DNA of 54,495 bases. Origin: a virus. Taxonomy: Duplodnaviria; Caudoviricetes. The notes beneath the pieces were generated by a model. That model saw only the letters and a list, made by a program, of their open reading frames with translations, was not told the DNA's origin and did no database searches. Positions 27,601 through 34,449 of this stretch are shown here, one piece after another; positions within the stretch are counted from its first letter, which is position 1, and every line of letters begins with the position of its first letter. The stretch covers positions 1 through 54,495 of IMG/VR virus record IMGVR_UViG_3300021375_000035; one strand, given 5' to 3'. A program made the translations under genes and the position numbers.

Positions 27601-28275
27601 TTAATTTCTCATTAAGTTACGTTTATTATCAGAATCTTCAGAAGGAACTTTTAATGTATTCATCATAGTAGATACTACCTGTTGTTCTATCTCTGCAAAT
27701 AATGCTTCAGGTATATATATTTCTTGTTTATATCTTGGAGTACAATCATTTGTTGTATCACAATCCCAAGCAGTAATATCAGAATCAAAAACTCCTTCTA
27801 CTTTAATAGCATCCCATGCTATATTAGGACAATAAATATATCCGTCTAACCACCAAAAATATAATGTGTTGTTATATTTAAAGCTAGTTGATTTAGTCAT
27901 TGAAGTATACGTGCCCGGTTGTGTTGCTTGTAATTCCTGTGAACCATCTATTGAACTAATAGTACGGATCAGTGGTCCCCAATATCCTTCAAACATAGAA
28001 GGCAACTTATGTTTTGTACGTTTGATTGTACAGCCACTTGTAATCCCTGCACAATGTGCTTCTATTTTATCTACCTCAATAAGTTCTACATATGGTAAAG
28101 TTTTCCATACTGAATTAAACTTTAATAGTTTATTTGCATAGTCTTGTCTTCTCATTAAAAACTGTGCATGCTTTTCTATTAGACTGTATATATATCTATC
28201 TGTAATAAAAGCATCTTGAACTTCTGCTTTTACTTGTCCTCTGACTCTAGATATTGTTTCTCCAATTGTTGCCAT
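27601..28275 (-). CDS. Tail ring protein (224 aa)
   Basis: MATIGETISRV..ITDRYI..C..KRTKHKLP..DGYIY..VEGVF pattern; synteny IHF-ring-ring-muzzle. Confidence 0.7.
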   Translation of the reverse strand: MATIGETISRVRGQVKAEVQDAFITDRYIYSLIEKHAQFLMRRQDYANKLLKFNSVWKTLPYVELIEVDKIEAHCAGITSGCTIKRTKHKLPSMFEGYWGPLIRTISSIDGSQELQATQPGTYTSMTKSTSFKYNNTLYFWWLDGYIYCPNIAWDAIKVEGVFDSDITAWDCDTTNDCTPRYKQEIYIPEALFAEIEQQVVSTMMNTLKVPSEDSDNKRNLMRN

Positions 28276-28280
28276 GTTTT

Positions 28281-28847
28281 TTATTTTTCAAATTCATTAT
28301 AATAATTTAAAGCTTTGTTGGTTTCTTCAAAGTTTTCATCATATAAATGAGCTACCTTATATTTGTTCTTCATAACTACATACTTAGTCCAACTTTTAGG
28401 ATACTCTTTGGCAACTGTCCTTTTAAAATCCCTGCAAGCTACAAACCTCCATAACTCTCTATTTTTAAATCTGTATTTAGTAGAATAATTTGTATAAAAT
28501 ATTTTTCCTAAATTACCATCAGTTTCCCAGTTTTTGTTCTGTAATACTTTACCATACTCTTTTGATAAGGCATAGTTTGTATTTACTGTCTTTGCTGCTT
28601 TACATGTTCCTATAAATAAATAACCCAATGAATCTGGTAATTCTACTCCATTTCTGTTTTTAACTACTGCTTCCCAAAGTCTTCTATTATATAGTTTTAT
28701 TATCTTTTTTAGTTTAACATTATCTATATGAGAGTATAAAGGTTTCTTATCTTTAAACTCCCTTATTGTTTCTTCATTTAATAACCCTAACCTTTTCTCT
28801 CTATATCTAGGAGCATTTAGATTGGGTTTTTTAAAATTGTTGATCAT
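28281..28847 (-). CDS. IHF/HU-like basic DNA-binding protein (crAss-like conserved gene)
   Basis: Very basic; helices followed by GVELPDSLGYLFI and YRFK..WRFVACRDFKR strands as in the HU/IHF fold; conserved crAss-like position before the ring genes. Confidence 0.6.
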   Translation of the reverse strand: MINNFKKPNLNAPRYREKRLGLLNEETIREFKDKKPLYSHIDNVKLKKIIKLYNRRLWEAVVKNRNGVELPDSLGYLFIGTCKAAKTVNTNYALSKEYGKVLQNKNWETDGNLGKIFYTNYSTKYRFKNRELWRFVACRDFKRTVAKEYPKSWTKYVVMKNKYKVAHLYDENFEETNKALNYYNEFEK

Positions 28848-28860
28848 ATAGTTATATTTA

Positions 28861-28904
28861 TAATTTACAAAAAAAACCTCACTTTATGAAATTAAAAGTA
28901 AGGT
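28861..28904 (-). terminator. Imperfect intrinsic terminator whose U-tract runs into promoter variant TTTGTAAATTA
   Basis: Stem ACCTCACTTT (28876-85)/AAAGTAAGGT (28895-904) with one mismatch, then 8 T on the minus strand, then GTAAATTA. Confidence 0.5.
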
Positions 28905-28906
28905 CT

Positions 28907-30124
28907 TTACAGTGCTTGATAGGTTAACTCACATATATTACCCATTGTAGGGTGTTGAATTTCTAATTTACCAGATCTTCTATTACCTACATACTTATTG
29001 CTATAATGATAATAATCTGCCTTACCTAGGCTAGGTAATGTCTTTTCTACAAAGCCAGCTGTTTCATTAGATGTCATATATTCAACTTTTCTATCTGTAT
29101 GAATATGACCTTTAAATAATGTTCTATTTGTAGTTGCACCCCATTCTTTTGGATACTCAGTAGCAAATATTAAAGGGTTATTTTTACTACGTTTATCACC
29201 ATGTTCAAATGCATTAAAGTTATTATGCCATACATGAACTTTTCTTTCTTCATATTTTATATCCCAAGTAATTTGATTACACTCTATAGATTTAGATAAA
29301 GCATGTACTAAATGAAAAGAAGATAATCTATCATGATTACCTGGAACATAGACTATAACAAGCTCAGTACAAAATGCTTTTAAATAATTTATAGCCCAAT
29401 GCATTGCATCAAATGCTTGCATATAAGCATCTGTAGCAGTCATACAGTTATCTAATCCAGTTCCACTAGTAGTTGTACCCTCAAAAGTATCCATGTTAAT
29501 TAGATCCCCTCCTACAACAAAATACATTTTCTCAATGTAATTAACTGGTGCAGCTCTACTCATAAGATTTATAATTGTGTCTTCAAAATCTTTATCAATA
29601 GTATCATTACCTTGCTTACCAAAATGTATATCTTGTAAAGACATTACAGCACACACAGGATCTTTAGATTTAGCAGGTTTTAACTTAGGTATTTTATATG
29701 TTTTAGGTTTCCAATTTGCAAGAAGCTCCTCAAATAATTGTTGTTCAGGATTTTTTATTTGAGTAACTAAAGCTGATACTCTCCAATGATCTCCCATTTG
29801 TTTGTTCCAATATTGAGATAATCTCCATTTGTTAGTATCTATTTTTAAAAGTTTTATTATTTCTTCAGAAGACTTAGGCTCATGATCAAATGTTCCTGAT
29901 AGTTTGCCTTGTCCTTTTTCTAAATCTACTGCTTCAGTAATTTGACATTGACCATCATCATTTGTAAAAAACTTACTTCTTTTTCTTTCTTCTTTTCTTT
30001 CCTGTAATATTTCTTTTTTAATTTTTATATATTGTTTCTCAGTAATATTTAGTTTATTTGCACAATAACTTGGGTGCTTTTTCCATTTTAAAGATTCAAT
30101 AATTCTCTGTTTTAAATTTCCCAT
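28907..30124 (-). CDS. Calcineurin-like metallophosphoesterase with N-terminal HTH-like extension (405 aa)
   Basis: All five motifs present: DIH, GGDLINMD, GNHD, EHGD, GHIH. N-terminal YCANKLNITEKQY is HTH-like. Confidence 0.85.
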   Translation of the reverse strand: MGNLKQRIIESLKWKKHPSYCANKLNITEKQYIKIKKEILQERKEERKRSKFFTNDDGQCQITEAVDLEKGQGKLSGTFDHEPKSSEEIIKLLKIDTNKWRLSQYWNKQMGDHWRVSALVTQIKNPEQQLFEELLANWKPKTYKIPKLKPAKSKDPVCAVMSLQDIHFGKQGNDTIDKDFEDTIINLMSRAAPVNYIEKMYFVVGGDLINMDTFEGTTTSGTGLDNCMTATDAYMQAFDAMHWAINYLKAFCTELVIVYVPGNHDRLSSFHLVHALSKSIECNQITWDIKYEERKVHVWHNNFNAFEHGDKRSKNNPLIFATEYPKEWGATTNRTLFKGHIHTDRKVEYMTSNETAGFVEKTLPSLGKADYYHYSNKYVGNRRSGKLEIQHPTMGNICELTYQAL

Positions 30125-30142
30125 GTGTTTTTTTATTTTTGG

Positions 30143-30187
30143 CTAAAGATACAAAAAAAAAAGAGACCGGATTTAAACCCAGTCTCT
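30143..30187 (-). terminator. Intrinsic terminator fused to a near-consensus Bacteroidota -7 element (TATCTTTA)
   Basis: Minus strand GAGACTGG gtttaaat CCGGTCTC + T10 then GTATCTTTAG. Confidence 0.75.
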
Positions 30188-30237
30188 CCCAACGTTTGCA
30201 GTAGAAAACCAACAAACCACTACTTGCTGTTGTTGTA
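30153..30237 (-). ncRNA. Candidate 3'-UTR-derived antisense sRNA (hairpin with UGGUUUGUUGGUUUU loop plus terminator)
   Basis: Stem GC(A)AGTAG/CTACTGC (30198-30227) encloses a 15-nt loop complementary to AAAACCAACAAA upstream of the starts at 47883 and 40341, and to AAAACCAA upstream of 53222, 44458 and 33446. Confidence 0.45.
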
Positions 30238-30804
30238 TTATGATGCTAAGGTAGTAAACAGAATTTCTATAGGCTTACATGCCGCAGAATTACCATTATC
30301 TACTACTTTAACTTTATAAGCTGTACTAGCTAATAAGTTGGTTATTGTATAATTACTTATTGTAGTTACAATTGGAGTACCTCCATTTACAGGAGTTCCC
30401 CATCCGCTTGGTGCTATTACTGTGTCTATGTATACATTAAATCCTGTACTAGAACTATATATTCCATTCCATATTACATTAACAGAATCTTTTGTAATAA
30501 CCCCTGCGTATACATTAAATGGATCATGTTGAACATCACTTGAAGTACAAGCACCTAATCCGTTTGCTAAAATCATTGCATATTTCTGAATAATAGAATC
30601 AAGTCTTTCTCCAGATTGAATTGTAATTCTAGCATTTGCATCTCCAATTTGAAATGAAGTACCACAATAGCTTACACATTCAGCACATTGAATATCTGAA
30701 CATCTTTCACTACCTACACTACAATCCGTATAAGTACATGGATTAGTTAATGCTGTGTCTTTACATCCACATTTTTGATCACATTTTGTACAATTACATG
30801 CCAT
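30238..30804 (-). CDS. Cys-rich virion protein with C-terminal FN3 domain (188 aa)
   Basis: 11 Cys in the first 47 aa; FN3 signature VNVIW..GFNVY..YTITNLLASTAYKVKV. Confidence 0.7.
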   Translation of the reverse strand: MACNCTKCDQKCGCKDTALTNPCTYTDCSVGSERCSDIQCAECVSYCGTSFQIGDANARITIQSGERLDSIIQKYAMILANGLGACTSSDVQHDPFNVYAGVITKDSVNVIWNGIYSSSTGFNVYIDTVIAPSGWGTPVNGGTPIVTTISNYTITNLLASTAYKVKVVDNGNSAACKPIEILFTTLAS

Positions 30805-30821
30805 TTTATTTCTTTTTTATT

Positions 30822-33038
30822 TTATGAACAACCTGCTATTATTTGATTAGATATAGTTGTTGGATCTGATGACTGGTTCCATGCTCCACCTGTTTGATCT
30901 GCTAATTCTCTCCATGGATAAATCTGTGAACCACCTATTACACTAGATTGTTGTACACCTGGTCCACATATAAAGTATTTAATACCATTAGTATTAGCGT
31001 CTAAAATCATTGATTGAATACCTGCCCATGTAGTTGCATTAAATTGATCTTGAGTACCACTTGGTAAAGCATCAGTTATTATTATAACATATTTAGCTAC
31101 ATTAGATCTAAATGCTCCTGTAAAGTTTGCAGAACCAGTTACAAGTTGTGCAGCATAATCTGTAGGTTCAGCCATACCAACCCCATCTCCTAAATTAATA
31201 CATGTTCCGTCTACCCCTTTATTTAATTTATTTAATTGAGTTGTAAATGATGCACCATTATTAACCTGGAACATTTCCCAAGCTGTAATAATTTGATATT
31301 TTCCTGTTGATCCTAAATTTGCTACTTTTTGTGCTGCAGGTAAACTTGTATAATCTGTACAAGTAGCATATGTAGGTGCAGCTTGTTGCTCTTCATCAGC
31401 TCCTACTAAGGATACTCTATAATTATTTGCTCCTGAAGCATTGTCTATTGTAGTTACAAGTGAAGCTACACCTGCTTTAACAGAATCAATACGTGATCCC
31501 ATTGAACTACTATAATCTATTATAAATGCTACATCCATACCATTTGCACAAGGTGCTGATGCAGTTGTTGTTGCAATTGCTGATACTGGGCATACTCTTG
31601 TATTACCTCCATATGATACAGTAACTCTACCTTGATAAGCTGTATCTGGTGTTAAACCTGTAAATTGATGAGTAACAGTTCCTCCAGGATTGTTTTTAGT
31701 AACTGTATCAACAACTATATTATTAGCATCTAATATTTCTATTACATATTGTGCTGTATTACCTAAACTATTTGTCAAAGATACATCTGCTGTTGTTTGT
31801 GCCATAGTCCATGTTGTTGAAGGGCATGGTAATTGAACTGTCACTACACTACTTTGGTTTGCTTCACAAGTTTGACTACCATCTGTTACACTAAACTGTA
31901 CTGCTACATTTAAATCTGATCCTACATTTAAGGAACTTACATTTACATTTTGTCCAGCAGGATTATTTTGTAAAAGTGCAACACTCATTGTAGAACTCGT
32001 TGATGCACCTAAACTATCTGTTACTGTTACAATAGTAAAACCTGCACTATCATTAAAGCTTGAAGGAATAGTAGAATTCATAAAATTCATATTTATGTCT
32101 GTAACTAAACCTGAACTTGGTCCTATAACTGATGTACTAGTATATGCAAAAGTTATTCCATCACATCCTGATGGACAACAGTTAGTTTGTATGTCTGTTA
32201 TTGCTGCATACATATCATCTATTACTACCCATGCATTCTGAACACTTTGAGCTAGTGTATTAGCTGTATTAGACCAACCACTTATACTACTATATGTAGC
32301 AGAAGAATTAGAAAGTAACTGGCTTGCTCCAGTTAATGTTGTTTGATTGATAGCAGTATTTATATTTGCAGGAGTACCTGTTGCATTTCTTAAAGCACAA
32401 AAAGCACTTTCAAGTGCTAATACTACTACTGATACGTTGGTTAGTTGACCTATTGTACTTGTTACACAAGTTGGTACAATTTGAACTTCTGTAATTGCAC
32501 CTGAGCATGGTAAAACACATGCTTCTAACACATCTAGTCTATTACTATAACTAGTTAAAGTAGAGTTTATAGTTTGTATGCTAGCTAAATTAGTACATAC
32601 TTGATTTGCTATAAGTTCAGCAAATAAATCTAAACGTAGTTGTGTTACTGGGTTCCCACTTGCATCATTATACTGCAAACATGCAGGTAATGTCATAATA
32701 GGCAGATCATCTTGTACTTGTGTAGATTTAGGTAAAGCAGTAGAAGTGCTATTCAAGCATATCTGATTTACCATTGCTTGTAATACTGGTACAAGCTCAG
32801 TTGGTGTTGTACCTCTAACATTTAAACATGTAATATCTAATCCTGTTAAACTTGGATTAGCTGAAACACCGTTTGTAATTATGTCACATACCTTTGTAGC
32901 AATCTTAGCTGTAACCTCACTAATTGTATCTCCACTGCATAAATCTATACACGCAATATCAGGACCTTGCCATACTACACAATTAGATGATATATTATCA
33001 CACCCATTTGTGGTGCCGCTTGAATTTGTTGGAATCAT
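30822..33038 (-). CDS. Cys-rich fibre/spike-like protein with FN3 and VWA domains (738 aa)
   Basis: N-terminal CDNISSNCVVWQG and Cys-capped helical repeats; FN3 HQFTGLTPDTAYQGRV; VWA MDVAFIIDYSSSM...FRSNVAKYVIIITDA. Confidence 0.75.
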   Translation of the reverse strand: MIPTNSSGTTNGCDNISSNCVVWQGPDIACIDLCSGDTISEVTAKIATKVCDIITNGVSANPSLTGLDITCLNVRGTTPTELVPVLQAMVNQICLNSTSTALPKSTQVQDDLPIMTLPACLQYNDASGNPVTQLRLDLFAELIANQVCTNLASIQTINSTLTSYSNRLDVLEACVLPCSGAITEVQIVPTCVTSTIGQLTNVSVVVLALESAFCALRNATGTPANINTAINQTTLTGASQLLSNSSATYSSISGWSNTANTLAQSVQNAWVVIDDMYAAITDIQTNCCPSGCDGITFAYTSTSVIGPSSGLVTDINMNFMNSTIPSSFNDSAGFTIVTVTDSLGASTSSTMSVALLQNNPAGQNVNVSSLNVGSDLNVAVQFSVTDGSQTCEANQSSVVTVQLPCPSTTWTMAQTTADVSLTNSLGNTAQYVIEILDANNIVVDTVTKNNPGGTVTHQFTGLTPDTAYQGRVTVSYGGNTRVCPVSAIATTTASAPCANGMDVAFIIDYSSSMGSRIDSVKAGVASLVTTIDNASGANNYRVSLVGADEEQQAAPTYATCTDYTSLPAAQKVANLGSTGKYQIITAWEMFQVNNGASFTTQLNKLNKGVDGTCINLGDGVGMAEPTDYAAQLVTGSANFTGAFRSNVAKYVIIITDALPSGTQDQFNATTWAGIQSMILDANTNGIKYFICGPGVQQSSVIGGSQIYPWRELADQTGGAWNQSSDPTTISNQIIAGCS

Positions 33039-33087
33039 AAATGTTCTTTTTACTATAAAGTACTACTCTGTTGTAACTATACAGTAA

Positions 33088-33098
33088 TAATATACAAA
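33088..33098 (-). promoter_or_regulatory. Putative phage late promoter TTTGTATATTA
   Basis: Exact copy of the recurring intergenic 11-mer, 49 nt upstream of the ATG at 33038. Confidence 0.6.
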
Positions 33099-33142
33099 AT
33101 TTTTTAAAACCAAACAAGTTAATGCTGGTTTTAAAAAATTTT
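33096..33142. repeat. Perfect 17-bp inverted repeat (probable terminator)
   Basis: AAAATTTTTTAAAACCA (33096-33112) and TGGTTTTAAAAAATTTT (33126-33142), 13-nt loop, downstream of the 92-aa gene. Confidence 0.8.
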
Positions 33143-33167
33143 ATACAAACAAATATGAGGGGAGTAA

Positions 33168-33446
33168 TTATGCTTTTACAGCAGGAACTTCTTCCTTTTC
33201 TTCTAATGGACTAATTGCACCATCTTCTAGACTGATGTTTACATTTCCATATTTCTTTTCTAGTTTAGCTGTTTCAGCTTTCCATTCAGCTTGCAACTCT
33301 GAATGATTATTAACTAGTTGATTCTTAACTAACGCTGCATTACCAATGTTCATGATAACCGTGTTAATTCTACTTTGCAGATCTTTAACTGCTTCAAGTT
33401 CCTTTGCAGTAACTTTCTTTGCTTTAGATGTTTTTGACTTTGCCAT
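33168..33446 (-). CDS. Small coiled-coil protein, possible tail-fibre assembly factor (92 aa)
   Basis: Heptad-rich body ending LEKKYGNVNISLEDGAI; located after the fibre genes. Confidence 0.55.
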   Translation of the reverse strand: MAKSKTSKAKKVTAKELEAVKDLQSRINTVIMNIGNAALVKNQLVNNHSELQAEWKAETAKLEKKYGNVNISLEDGAISPLEEKEEVPAVKA

Positions 33447-33477
33447 TTTACGTATTGGTTTTAATAATTATTAGTTA

Positions 33478-33507
33478 CAAAGATAATTAAATATTTAAGA
33501 TTTCCAA
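33478..33507 (-). promoter_or_regulatory. Bacteroidota/Flavobacterium-type promoter TTG-N19-TATCTTTG
   Basis: Perfect TAnnTTTG at 33485-33478 with TTG 19 nt upstream. Confidence 0.55.
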
Positions 33508-34016
33508 GGAAGATCTTTAATAATTTTAAATTCTGGCATTAATTCTTTTTCAATTATTTCTTTCATACCATCAATATGACCTTTTCTAATATTGTTTTTT
33601 AATAAAGTTATAATACTACTTCTAGATACTTTACTAAAGTCTTTGGTACTTCCATCCCATTCAAGATTACTTGGTATAATAAATATACCAGTAACATATG
33701 TTGTACCTGCTTTATAGTTATCTTTCTGTGATTTAGGAATAACCATAGTTCCTTTATAGTTATATGTTATTTCTTCTAATATGTTTTGTGAATCTACTTT
33801 TATAGAATCAATATGAAAAGAATATCTGATAAAAGGTTTTTCTTTTTTTCTAAGATCTTTAAGTTTTTGCTCAGCAGCTTGTTTTAATTTAAAAATAACA
33901 GCTTTACTAGGCTTTCTTTTCCTTGTACTTTTTTTTATTGCAGGCTTCTTTTCTACAGCTTTTTTAATAACTGGTTTTTTAGCAGCAACTTTCTTTTTTA
34001 TTTTTTTCTTTGCCAT
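33495..34016 (-). CDS. Fibre-associated protein with Lys-rich histone-H1-like N-terminus (173 aa)
   Basis: MAKKKIKKKVAAKKPVIKKAVEKKPAIKKSTRKRK followed by a globular domain ending DLPW. Confidence 0.55.
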   Translation of the reverse strand: MAKKKIKKKVAAKKPVIKKAVEKKPAIKKSTRKRKPSKAVIFKLKQAAEQKLKDLRKKEKPFIRYSFHIDSIKVDSQNILEEITYNYKGTMVIPKSQKDNYKAGTTYVTGIFIIPSNLEWDGSTKDFSKVSRSSIITLLKNNIRKGHIDGMKEIIEKELMPEFKIIKDLPWKS

Positions 34017-34023
34017 AATTTAT

Positions 34024-34449
34024 TTATTTACCACATGGTCCATAAGCTTGAACTCTACCACTATTTACTTGTATATAAGTATTATTTGATAATTTATACC
34101 ATCCATTAGATAAAGCCGTACTACATCCGCTGTTACTATATACATAATCACCAGTTGTTGGTAATGTTCCACTACCATCATGATAATATTCAACAGTTAC
34201 CTCCCTCTTACATGCCGCACCTGCAGATTCAGTATTTACTACACTACTATCATATTTAGTACATGATGATGCAGACTTTCCATAAAAATCATCCATGCTT
34301 ATAGCACCTGATGCAACACCGGCTAATGTTCTAAAATTAGTTTGACCTAATCCTGAATTAGCATTCTGTGCTAAACCAAGCTCTAAGTTAATAGACCTAT
34401 TAGTAGATGTACCACCTATAGACATTGTTCCACTACTTGCTAAGGCCAT
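34024..34449 (-). CDS. Fibre-tip adhesin-like protein (141 aa)
   Basis: MALASSG..SINLELG..SGAISMDDFYGKS N-terminal motif, which commonly follows S74-chaperoned fibres. Overlaps the fibre gene by 17 nt. 4-Cys C-terminal domain. Confidence 0.6.
   Translation of the reverse strand: MALASSGTMSIGGTSTNRSINLELGLAQNANSGLGQTNFRTLAGVASGAISMDDFYGKSASSCTKYDSSVVNTESAGAACKREVTVEYYHDGSGTLPTTGDYVYSNSGCSTALSNGWYKLSNNTYIQVNSGRVQAYGPCGK

Noticed and set aside
30205-30254. Plus-strand AAAACCAACAAA as the initiation site of a plus-strand gene
   Set aside because: The next plus-strand ATG (30240) gives only ATG ATG CTA AGG TAG, so the antisense-loop reading fits better.
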